DNA of 64,000 nucleotides from Azolla caroliniana (Eukaryota > Plantae > Polypodiophyta), in the NCBI GenBank assembly GCA_043228905.1, contig JBHGNT010000016.1:13392001-13456000 (forward strand), given 5' to 3'. The notes beneath the pieces were generated by a model. That model did no database searches, was not told where the DNA came from, and saw only the letters and a program-made list of their open reading frames with translations. This document shows positions 10,896 through 20,835 of this stretch, piece after piece. Every line of letters starts with the position of its first letter. The first letter of the stretch is position 1. The position numbers were made by a program, and so were the translations under genes.

Positions 10896-13800
10896 CTAGC
10901 GTGTGTCCATGTATTCCTCTGACCTCGAGATTTCCATATATTTATATGATGTCTTTGTACTCAAAATTGATTTCCTCGACTTACTCGTCACTGTCGAGTT
11001 GCCTCTGGATTTCCAAGACTCTGCATCGGCTGCCCATTGATGGCTGTCCTGTTCTAGCTCTTCTAGCCCAAGCTTCCTCCTTGTAATGATCTTCTCACTT
11101 GGAAAGAGCCCCATCTGTTCATAATCATCGATGGGAGCATGGGGTATGACCCCCACCTTCCCTTCCAGCATCTGCACCACACTGCTCATGCTCGGCCGCC
11201 TCCTCGGATTGCTTTGCACACACAACATGGCCACATCCACCATCCTCATGGCTTGCTCCTCATCGTACATCTTTGCACCCATTCCGTAGTTCATGAGCCT
11301 TTCATCCACCAGCTCCATCACACCCTCTCCACGATTGGGTCTCATCTCCAGCCTCTGCCTCAATGCCCTCCAATCTCTCACTCTACTCCCACTCACAATC
11401 TCCAGCAACATAATCCCGTAGCTGTACACATCACACTTCTCCGTGATGGCCTCCTCTGTTAGCCACTCTGGCGCCAAGTACCCTGGGGTTCCCCTCATCA
11501 TCGTCACCACTGCACTCTGTTGGTCCCTTAGCACCCTTCGAGACATCCCGAAATCCGATATCTTAGGGAAGTAATCGGCTCCTAAGAGTATATTCTGTGG
11601 CTTGAGATCCATGTGTATGATTCTGTCCTCACACTCTTCGTGCAAGTAGGCTAAGCCTTTTGCAGTACCCACGGCTATGGTGAACCTGCACTCCCACGAC
11701 AAGATCGGTCTGCACTTTTTATCAGCCTTAATCTCCTGGGATTCTGGAGTACATTTGGGTGTTTTGCTGAAGATCCAACCATCCAAAGAACCATTTTCCA
11801 TGTATTCATACACGAGGAGCTTGTGTGTGGCACCTTCCAGGCAGAAGCCAACCAATCGAACAAGTTGAAGATGGTGAGTCCGGCCCAGAATTGAGACCTC
11901 GGCCATGAACTCTTTTCTACCCTGGTGACTTCCATCGATGAGTTGCTTCACGGCTATGGGCGTGCCATCGTCCATAGCTCCTCGGAAGACATTGCCGAAA
12001 CCACCCCCCCCAAGAGGGTCCGAGAAACCACACGTGTATTCGTACATCTCCTTCCATGTGAATCGACGGGGCTTCGAGCCCAGAAGTGAGACACCGAGAA
12101 GCTCATTTTCGATCTCATAATCTTCCAGTTGTCTGGCCTTTAACCTTTGTGTCCTGTGCACATATCCTACACCCACGAATACGACGATGATAAGCACAAA
12201 GACACCTAATGATACTCGTATTGCGATGGGTTTGGTTAGAGAAGGTTTTGTTGCGTTCTCCATGAATTTCAAGTATCCCATGAATTCGTCCTTAGTTGCA
12301 GAAGCGTTGAATATGATGGTAGCTACGGGACCCTGGATGAGGAAACAAGAACCAGAACCATTCGGTTTTGACTCCCAGAATGCCGCTGTGCAAGCACAGT
12401 TGTCCTTACAATAATTTTTCCAGCAGCCTTGAGCATCGATTCCAGTGTGGTTGGGAGTGAGGAAAGCATTGGAGAAGTAGCTGGCCCCTGCTATCATTGA
12501 AGCATTCGGTTTCTTATGATTAGATCCATGGCCACAAGAAGAAGGGTACGGTTCCCATCTGCCATCGCCCACCTTGAACCTGCAGCCTAATTTGGCGTTC
12601 TTTTTGGAATCCTGAAGCTCTAATTCATTCGACCCGCCACAATTCTGTGTGCAATTTTGCTTCTCTTTGTCACATACACCATAGAATCCGCAGAAGAGAG
12701 GGAATTGGCATGGATTTTTATGGCTGGTTCTGGAGAGAATTGCGAATTGTCCAGTCTCTGCGTATGCATGAAGATCCCCATCACTCTCCAGCCTGAGGAA
12801 TGTGGCATATGTTATGTTGATGCTGTGACCCTCGAATTTAATAGATGCGGATTGTTTGGCTTGCCTACTGCAAGCATCTGCCGAGATTTGGTTGTATATG
12901 GAAATTACGTCTGAACTGTATGAGGTTGATTAAACATCATGTCCAAATCTTTATAGGAATGAGATTGTACCTACTATAAATATTTGGAATCTGGAAGGAA
13001 CTGAATACAAATTATGACTAACCCGTTGATTGCTGATGGAACAATATCCAATTGGAGGCTGCTGTTATGATCCGGATACCAGCACAATGCCGCTGCTGCT
13101 GCATGATCCATGTCCTGTGTACCATTGAGAGACGAAACCAAATAAGGATACCCATATCCGCTGTAATCTGCAGTACTCTTAGAGGTATTGTTATTTAAGG
13201 TTTCGTATTGAATCTTGGTGTAGAGTGTAAGGGTCCCGTTTTCAATGGCTAGCGTGTGGCGGGCCGTTTTGTTGGTATTGCCTGATTCCGAGGTGGAGGC
13301 GGCTGTGAGTTTCATCCCGGGTCGAAGGGCTTGCAGCACCATGAGCGTGTCGGTGGGATGGTCGAACGATTGCCAGAGTATGTGCTGTTTCAGAGTAGAG
13401 TCGCTAGGACCTGTGGTGTTAGTGAAGAGGACGAGGTTTCCCTCATACGTGATGGTAAGGGATGCATTGGTAAAACCGGGCGTATTCGTCTGCCACACGA
13501 CAGATCCGTTCCTGTCGTAATCCACGAGCTTGAGATTGCTATCGTCAGGACTGAGTTGGAGGCAAGCGTTCTCGCCCACAGGGTTGCCCACGTTGGCCGT
13601 CCACACGACTTTGGAGTCCATATTGGGGTAACGATTAACGAGGACGAGGGAGAGGTAGTAGAAAGGGGTGCTCGCATTGCAGAGCTCATCCGCGTTGATA
13701 ACGAAGAAGAGCTCGAAGAAGGTATACATGTAGTCAAGGTATGCATGTCCCGAATAGACGCCAGCTGGGCGACCGTAAAGCCTTTCCTGCCTACTCAATG

Positions 13801-14077
13801 CTTCTAGAAGGGAGTCATTGTTGCAGGAGAGAATCGTGGATGTGGAGGATTCCACCTGAGCCATATGGAAATCGCTGTCGGAGAAGAGATTTCCATCGAC
13901 GTTAGAGGAAGGGAGGTAATAATTCTCGTCTGTGCTGTCGGCAGCAACATGAATAGTTGTGAGTAGGAAGCATGCTATGGCGGTGATGAAAGTCAGAAGC
14001 TGCTCTCCACAATAAAAGTAAGAAGAAGAAGAAGAAGAAGAATGCTTAGTTTCCATGGCTGAGTGCAGTGTAAGCAT
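10896..14077 (-). CDS. G-type lectin S-domain receptor-like Ser/Thr kinase (SD-2-like, non-RD); exons 14077-13023 and 12915-10896, about 1024 aa
   Basis: Hydrophobic N-terminus, B-lectin motifs (VVWTAN, VVWQTNT, GNLVL, WQSFDHPTDT) and a phase-2 GT..AG intron (13022-12916) that joins in frame to FLRLESDGDLHAY and the EGF-like CQFPLFCGFYGVC. These are followed by PAN-like CWKNYCKDNCACTAAF, a TM helix and a kinase with GGGGFG, IAVK, HMDLKPQN, DFG and GTPGYLAPE. No internal stops after splicing. Confidence 0.92.
12916..13022 (-). other. Predicted 107-nt spliceosomal intron of the kinase gene
   Basis: Donor GG|GTTAGT, acceptor CTCATACAG|T. Removal restores one continuous reading frame. Confidence 0.8.
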
Positions 14078-14507
14078 CCCCTATCAATGGTGTGTGTCTG
14101 TCTAGACGGATCCAATGAATACTTGGGGAGAAGAGCAAGGACTTGCTTTTCCACAGATTAAAATGATTAGCCCAAAACAGATAAAGACATTGAGTGGATG
14201 ACATTCTACCTACTAGATCATCTGGTCAAGATGCTTGAAAACTATTTCCCCCAAATTAACGACAAAAACTCTAAAAACTCTAAAGAAGAAAGAAAGAAAG
14301 AAAGATATATTAACGTCTTCTAAGGCCAAAATTGGCCCATGAGACAAATGGTGTACAACAAAAATGGGATATTTACCCATTCATCGAAAGTAAAAATAAA
14401 AATAAGATAAAATAGAGTTTAAGCTAAATAGTTCTAAGAAAACAACAAACATGTTCTATATAAAAAACATGTTCTACAATGAGAATGATTCTATACTAGG
14501 CCTAATT

Positions 14508-17500
14508 TCATTTCCATCCAAGTTTCTCGAAGAGAAGCGGGGGGTCAAAGGGTTGCCATGATGTGGATGTGGCCCGTGGTCCCCATGTAAGAGGTACCCC
14601 AACCATAGCTTCGAGTCGACGTAGCTCACGTTCCCTTATCTTCTTAATCTTTTCTACTCCACGTTGACTTGTGTTGAAGCCCAACATCCGAGGACGTTTG
14701 GTTGCTCTTTGTATTTCTGCTTCCTCAAGGGAGAGGCCGAGCGGCATAAGTGTATCCACATTCATCGTCTCCCCATGTTCCTGAAAAATTACACTAGGTA
14801 CATGTTGATGAGTAGTAAAAGGGTTATGATTAACACTTTGTAATTTATCCTCCCTATGTTGTTTTAGCTCTAAGATATACCTACCTAGTCTCTTTACACT
14901 CGGGGTATCTAATAGTTTGGAGAGGGTGGGAGAGGGTCCTAGTATGTCTTGGTATTCCGCCCGTATCTCGGCATAAGTTGGGCACTTGCATGTGAAGTGA
15001 TACTCATCCTCTATCTCTATGTGGCATAACCTACATAGCCTTTCCTCTCTAGGGACTCTATTAGCTCGACCATTCTCAATCTCAAGTTGGTGAGATGATA
15101 TCCTAAGTTGTCCAATGGCCACCCTTAGTGCATTTGATAAGAAAGTATCTAGGTATCTTGGTCGTGTAATAAACCCTAACTTAGAGAAGTGCAAGAAGTG
15201 TTCCTTATAGTACACCATTTTAGATGGGAGTGGCTCTCGTGGGGTGATCCATTTGTATCGAGTGTAGATTTGCCATATTTCTTGGCGTATCACTTTATTA
15301 CGATCTTCACGAGAGATTAAAGTTTGATTAGTCCCATGGTTGTACTTAAGGGGAGGTAGGTTATTAATGTCTATGCCATTTGCAAATAACCAACTCACCA
15401 CAATGCTATACCAAGAGTTGGTGTCTCCAGACACATGTAAGGATCGGGATGCCTCAAAGGCTCGACGGGATATCCTATCTTGTGGTTGACTATGTATCCG
15501 ATGAATAAAAGCTACCACTTGAAAGAGTGCTTCTACTAACATCGGGGGTAGGCTAAACTCCGCTCTAATAATGTCATGTGGTACTGTCGATTTGCTTCGG
15601 AGTTGACGTGATAACATCACCACTAAAGGTCTCTCCAATTGCGTCCACATGAAAGATGGTAGACCTGGAGCCCATACTATTGATGCATACATGAGGGACG
15701 GGGTCACTAATGAGTCGAAAAGCCATCCCTTAGTCCGTGGCTCTTGAAAGTATGCTTGGTGGCATTGTCTCTCTAAGAGTGAGAGGGATGCATATCCTCT
15801 CGTTAGCCTATCTTTGGCTGCCTGGGTCATCGAGAATTTACCTGAGCGAGCACTAAAAGTGACTCCCAAGTATACATAAGATCCCACCACCTCAACTAGT
15901 TTATGAGAGAGGATGAGGTGACATTTACTCCTAACTCTGGACGATGTATGAAAGATAAGGACTTTAGTTTTCGCTAGATTCACTACCAGTCCTCGTTGTG
16001 TACAAAAGTCATCTAGGGCATTAAGATGCTTTTGTAGGTCGTGTTCCGACTCCGAGAGCAAGACAATGTCGTCTGCGTAGAGTAAGAGACTAACTTGCAT
16101 ATCCCCAATAGCCATTCCTTTGCCTCCCTTATGAGCAATAAAATCAGTGATCTCATCAATGTAGATCCCAAAAAGAGTCGGTGATAGGGGGCAACCCTGT
16201 TTTACACCAATGGTGCTAGTGAAACAATCGGATAGGCCACCTGGGCATCTTACGCGCCCATAGACTTGCTCATATAGGGCATAAATGGCCCAAATCATGT
16301 CATTTGGTATCTCCAAGCTCTTAAGTCTATCAAACAACCTCTCCCTAGGTACTGTATCAAAGGCTTTGCGAAAGTCCACAAAGCAACAATATAGTTTCTT
16401 CTTACGAGCCTTTGTTTGGTCAATTAAGCACCTAAGTGTGAAGATGTGGTCAATAGTGGAGAAGGCTCGTCTAAAGCCAGCCTGCTCAGGTGCTCGAAGA
16501 CTTAATGTTTCCATATAATCACTGAGCTCCGCGTCCATTACTGCACCATATAGTTTAGCAAGCGTATGACCTATCATAATGGTCCTATATGTATTTGGGT
16601 CCATTGGGTCCCCTCCTTTATGTATAGGGGCCACAGTGTTCATGGCCCATTGTGGTGGAAAACCCTCGGCGAGGGCGCGGTTGAAGATTAGAGTGAGAAG
16701 GGGAGCTAGGCACTCTCGAGCATATATGATGTGCTCGGCTCGCAATCCTGTGTGGTCCATGGATTTCCTATGTTGTAATTTTTTTATGACCTTCGTGACC
16801 CTAGAGGTCGTGAAAAGTGTCCCCATGGTAGGTCGAGGTGTGGAGGGCATTGTAATGGGTGGTTGGTTCGGGACATGGTAGAGTCTCTCGGTATATGTGT
16901 GCCAAATATTGGGATCCTCGATGGGTGTTTGTGGTCTCGGTTCCCGTAGTCTCTTCCATGCAAGGGCACAATCCCTACTCATGAGCATATGGTAGAGTTC
17001 CCAATATTGAGATGCTTCCCAAGCTCGTCTTTTACGACGTGTCATCTTGCGCATCTCTTTGCGAGCCTGTACTAAGGAGATAGTACCACTGAGTCGCGAT
17101 ACTTTAAGTTGTCTATACAACTCTCTACAATCCTCGTCATACCACTTGTTTTGTGGCATAGACCCTATTCTACTATGATTGGAGTCTTTCGTGTATGGGA
17201 AGCTACTAGTGGCGGCTGAGTGAAGGATGTGTGTGAGTTCTGTAGTGAGGTTCTCTAAAGGCAAGGAAGAATCAAACGAGGAAAGATGGGCTTGAACATG
17301 TCGAGAGTAGATGTCCGCGAGCTCATGCGTGAAATGTATTATAGTGTGATGGGTTGGTTTACTAGAGTTGGTGGTGTGGGAGGTGTCACATTTTAGCTCA
17401 AAGTATAGGAAGGTATGGTCTGCCCCAATGGGGCATGGGGCCACCCGGAAGGAGCTAACCATGTGGGTAGCTTCAGGGCGTCCTATTAGATAATCAACGG

Positions 17501-18254
17501 TGCTTTCCCCTCCTCCATGTGGGAAACATGTGAGCTCTTCCGAGCCCGGCCACTTGGCTAAGCCATTATATATGATCATCTGGTGTCGGCTTCCAAGTTC
17601 AAGCAGATGATGGCCAAAGCTTGTGGCATCCGCACCTTGATCCTTCGATGTACGTGTTATGCCTAAGGCTAAAGGGTCGACATTCACCATTTCTAGGTTT
17701 CTATCCATCTGAAATATTGTGCATTGTCGGGACTGGGTTCTCGCATTGAAATCTCCTACCAGGAAGACTTCCCCTTGAGAAGAATATCGGATTATGTCAT
17801 CCGACAAAGGTTCGTATGGAGAAGGCCCATGTGGCGTTCCTTCATCAACTATACTCGCCTCTCCAGCCATATTGTAGCGGGACCCTTTCGGGGGGAAGTA
17901 ACAAACTGCGATAAATATCACCTGATCCTTACTGGTGAGGACTTTCACCCACATAAAATGGGCTTCTGGGTCTGACTTTAGTATTTCTATCCTATTATTT
18001 ATCTCTTTCCGAAATAATATCGCAACCCCCCCAGACCCTCTAGTAGTGTGTCGACGTGAGGTTTGTCTAAAGACAGATTCCCAACGAAAACCGTCAACTC
18101 GTGGCAGTCCTCGATTTGGGCTTTGATGTGTTTCTACTACAAAAAGTATATCAGATACTTTCAAAATCTCCTCTAGACGGCAAGGATGTGTCCAAAGTGC
18201 GCCGTTACAGTTCCATAAAGTGATCCTAAGTTTATTATCTGTCACATGGGCCAC
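14508..18254 (-). CDS. LINE ORF2: APE endonuclease, reverse transcriptase and C-terminal CCHC zinc finger
   Basis: LWNCNG, GGVAIL, VGDFNA, VDY, GADH (APE); EQAGFR, DFRKAFD, GVKQGCPLSP, LLYADD (RT); ERLCRLC..EDEYHF..CPTY. The called start codon is GTG, not ATG. Confidence 0.95.
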   Translation of the reverse strand: MAHVTDNKLRITLWNCNGALWTHPCRLEEILKVSDILFVVETHQSPNRGLPRVDGFRWESVFRQTSRRHTTRGSGGVAILFRKEINNRIEILKSDPEAHFMWVKVLTSKDQVIFIAVCYFPPKGSRYNMAGEASIVDEGTPHGPSPYEPLSDDIIRYSSQGEVFLVGDFNARTQSRQCTIFQMDRNLEMVNVDPLALGITRTSKDQGADATSFGHHLLELGSRHQMIIYNGLAKWPGSEELTCFPHGGGESTVDYLIGRPEATHMVSSFRVAPCPIGADHTFLYFELKCDTSHTTNSSKPTHHTIIHFTHELADIYSRHVQAHLSSFDSSLPLENLTTELTHILHSAATSSFPYTKDSNHSRIGSMPQNKWYDEDCRELYRQLKVSRLSGTISLVQARKEMRKMTRRKRRAWEASQYWELYHMLMSRDCALAWKRLREPRPQTPIEDPNIWHTYTERLYHVPNQPPITMPSTPRPTMGTLFTTSRVTKVIKKLQHRKSMDHTGLRAEHIIYARECLAPLLTLIFNRALAEGFPPQWAMNTVAPIHKGGDPMDPNTYRTIMIGHTLAKLYGAVMDAELSDYMETLSLRAPEQAGFRRAFSTIDHIFTLRCLIDQTKARKKKLYCCFVDFRKAFDTVPRERLFDRLKSLEIPNDMIWAIYALYEQVYGRVRCPGGLSDCFTSTIGVKQGCPLSPTLFGIYIDEITDFIAHKGGKGMAIGDMQVSLLLYADDIVLLSESEHDLQKHLNALDDFCTQRGLVVNLAKTKVLIFHTSSRVRSKCHLILSHKLVEVVGSYVYLGVTFSARSGKFSMTQAAKDRLTRGYASLSLLERQCHQAYFQEPRTKGWLFDSLVTPSLMYASIVWAPGLPSFMWTQLERPLVVMLSRQLRSKSTVPHDIIRAEFSLPPMLVEALFQVVAFIHRIHSQPQDRISRRAFEASRSLHVSGDTNSWYSIVVSWLFANGIDINNLPPLKYNHGTNQTLISREDRNKVIRQEIWQIYTRYKWITPREPLPSKMVYYKEHFLHFSKLGFITRPRYLDTFLSNALRVAIGQLRISSHQLEIENGRANRVPREERLCRLCHIEIEDEYHFTCKCPTYAEIRAEYQDILGPSPTLSKLLDTPSVKRLGRYILELKQHREDKLQSVNHNPFTTHQHVPSVIFQEHGETMNVDTLMPLGLSLEEAEIQRATKRPRMLGFNTSQRGVEKIKKIRERELRRLEAMVGVPLTWGPRATSTSWQPFDPPLLFEKLGWK

Positions 18255-18260
18255 ACGCCG

Positions 18261-19052
18261 TCAATTGGCGGCACGATCATTTATTATGACACGTCCGTCC
18301 CGGTAGAAAGCACGATGCCCCTCTTTACGAGCTTGTATGACTCGCGGCATACAAGTTTTACGATGCTCAATTTGCATCTTGGTCAAGTCTTCATCGAGGT
18401 AGATAGGCTCCCCACCCAAGCCTCGAAGAATTGGTCTCTTTTTAAAAAAGGCGATTCTAGATTCTGAGTCCTTAAACTGAAGGACTAAAGCTCTTTTCCT
18501 AGTTGTGTCACGCCCTACCCTCCAGGTTTTAGTGATTGGTAGGGCTTCGTACCCTAACATTTTCCCTAATGTTTGTGCATCTTCATCCAGAGATGCCCCT
18601 TCCTTGAGCCCAGTAACTCGTACATTTAGGCGTCGAGGTTGACGCATTTTTTCTTCCTCGAGGGTGGTGTTTACAATGTTTTCATCCTTTAGTTCTTTTT
18701 TAATATTACGTTTTACTACATCAACCCACCCAGTTTTAGCTAATTCCATATCACTTTTAACCTCTTCTTTAACCTTTTTTATCTCGTCCTTAATATCCTC
18801 TAGGGAAGATATTTCACCATCTTCCCTAGATATCTCGAGGTCTTTAACTTGTTTTCGAAGGTTCACATTGTCTACCTTAAGTTTCGCTATTTCCGCAAAA
18901 AGTAGTTCTTTTTCTTCCTTATCTTTTTGTTTTTCAGCTTCAATTTCTTTCGCCCATTTTTCAAATTTTACTAACCGGTTAAGGACATCTAAAAATTCTT
19001 CCTTACTTATCATTTCGTCGTGTGTTTCCTTATGGTTTCGTCGAGAAGTCAT
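18261..19052 (-). CDS. LINE ORF1: coiled coil plus RRM/CTD-like nucleic-acid chaperone
   Basis: K/E-rich coiled coil followed by RRLNVRVTGLKE..VLQF..IYLDEDLT, as in L1/CR1-type ORF1 proteins. First ATG at 19052. Confidence 0.85.
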   Translation of the reverse strand: MTSRRNHKETHDEMISKEEFLDVLNRLVKFEKWAKEIEAEKQKDKEEKELLFAEIAKLKVDNVNLRKQVKDLEISREDGEISSLEDIKDEIKKVKEEVKSDMELAKTGWVDVVKRNIKKELKDENIVNTTLEEEKMRQPRRLNVRVTGLKEGASLDEDAQTLGKMLGYEALPITKTWRVGRDTTRKRALVLQFKDSESRIAFFKKRPILRGLGGEPIYLDEDLTKMQIEHRKTCMPRVIQARKEGHRAFYRDGRVIINDRAAN

Positions 19053-19190
19053 GTTGTAATTCAAAGAATAAACGAAAGAAAAAGTCAAAAAGGGCAGAAA
19101 AAACTTAGCCGAGCATCGATGTCTTGCGCGCTAGGTACAAGTGTAGAAGCACATTTGTACTCTCTCGTCACGACGCCGTAAGAGGTGTAG

Positions 19191-19682
19191 GTGATAGCGA
19201 CGGTCGACACCGATGACAACAACGACGGCGACAAGGGCATCGATTTCCCACAACAGCGACGGGTGACGACGATGGCCAAGAACCGACGACGACGGCGACG
19301 GCGGCTGACGTTAGACGTCAGACGACGGCGGACGGCGACAGTCGGCAGCGGCAGCAGACGGCGGCTGACAGCGGTTGCAGACGACGACGGCAGCAGACAG
19401 CAGTTGCAGACGACGGCGGCAGCAGACAGTAGTTGCAGACGACGGCGGCAGTCTGCAGACATCAGCGGCAGAAAACGGAGGCAGCAGCAGGCAACAGTCG
19501 GCAGACGGCAGACGGCAGACGGCGGCACCAGACGACGACGACCGTCGACAGACGACGGCGACGACGGCAGGAGGCGACGGCGGCGTCAGCAGCAGCAGCG
19601 ACAACAGGCGGCGTCGTCGGCAGCACCAGACGGCGGCGACAGCAGGCGACGCGGCTGCAGACGACGGCGGCAGCAGATGAAT
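19191..19682. repeat. GC-rich low-complexity repeat (CGG/CAG/CGA triplets, repeated cagttgcagacgacggcggcag)
   Basis: Seen directly; lies upstream of LINE ORF1. Confidence 0.85.
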
Positions 19683-20299
19683 CCAGGTTGTCACTATTAA
19701 ATTTTCGATGCTTCTTTCATGGCATTTTGGTAGAATATGTGCAGAATACTTAAAATACGTATATTCTACGGTGTGTAAAATATGTTAAATACTTCTTAAA
19801 TTTTAAAGCTTTTTTCAGAAAGAATAATTTTTAAAATTTCAAACATTTTTAAAATGTTTAATAAGTCAAATTCTTAAACAATGTGAAAAATTATAAATGG
19901 CAGCTCTAAAATGAAGAATACGTGTAGAATACTTTAGAGTATTCTAAAATGTATTTCTAAAAGTAGAATAGACCTTTTTTAACAACTATGGATGACCCAA
20001 TTGATACAATAACAAAGTCTACCTAACCGATTGGAAAGTGAGTTGACAGTCATTGTAGAATCAAATTATTCAAAATACTCCCCAATTCATCTTCTTCTTC
20101 CTTTATTCCACATAATGCCCTCAACCATCTTTTACTTCTACTATCTTCCCTTTATTTAAATCTTGCTGATTTGAGATAACGTTTGCAACTAATGCAACAA
20201 AATTTGGTGAGCGATAACGTTTGCAAGTGATGCAACAAAATTTGGTGAGCCTAACGTGAAACATCAAACCTTCCCCTTGAACTTCTTCTCTACCAACCT

Positions 20300-20612
20300 T
20301 CTCCTTGTCCAATGTTGAAAACACCATGCACTAAAATGTATCGATATTGATGATGTCAGTAAGGGAATAAAGACGATGGCAAGTATGAAAGCAACAAATG
20401 TAACCCATGTCTCAAGTGAGCTTTTAAAATGGAGAAGGCCACATACTCGTCGTCATTGGATACTGACATTTATAGAGCAAGCTATAAAACAAGGTTTTCC
20501 AAATGATTGGCTTATGAATTGGCTTAAACCAATATTTAAAGCCGGTGATAAGAATCAAGTATCAAATTATCGTACAATAATGGTGAGCTCAACTATTGCT
20601 AAATTATATAGC
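20300..20612 (+). pseudogene. Degenerate fragment of another LINE RT
   Basis: QGFPNDWLMNWLKPIFKAGDKNQVSNYRTIMVSSTIAKLY parallels EGFPPQWAMNTVAPIHKGGDPMDPNTYRTIMIGHTLAKLY of the intact LINE. Confidence 0.8.
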
Positions 20613-20629
20613 ACAAGGGTAAGCAGTGT

Positions 20630-20835
20630 TGTCGTGTCAAAGAAATTTGTGTGTTCAGGCAGAACTGTTCAAGAGTGAAAATAAGAGAACATTGGGGTTC
20701 TGAACTAGGAGATTGAAAATAAGAGAAAGAAAGGAAAGAGTAGGAAGTCGAGCCGAAAGTATCCCAATAGCTGCATGTAGCTTGCAGCCCTACCCGTGAA
20801 GATGAAAATCGTTGTTGTGTTAAAGAAATTTGCGT
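20630..20835 (-). repeat. LTR-end-like segment, tandemly duplicated; the second unit is interrupted by the 20836 gypsy and resumes at 27628-27800
   Basis: 20650-20810 matches 27628-27800. tgtYgtgtYaaagaaatttg occurs at both 20630 and 20813. Confidence 0.7.

Larger units (their letters stand above)
14284..19190 (-). mobile_element. Apparently intact non-LTR retrotransposon (LINE, RTE-X-like) with a (TTTC)n 3' tail; 5' boundary uncertain
   Basis: Uninterrupted ORF1 and ORF2, 3' UTR 14305-14507, tandem gaaa repeats at 14284-14304. The same 3' end is seen in the second copy at 60385. Confidence 0.9.

Noticed and set aside
12573-13022. Kinase as a split pseudogene (two separate ORFs in the track)
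   Set aside because: The frame is open from 12914 to 10896, and a canonical phase-2 intron joins the two parts.
19085-19753. Arg/Ala/Ser-rich ORFs on both strands
   Set aside because: Artefacts of a stop-poor GC triplet repeat.
19903-19918. CTCTAAA as the 5' TSD of the full-length LINE
   Set aside because: Short AT-rich match far from ORF1; not distinguishable from chance.
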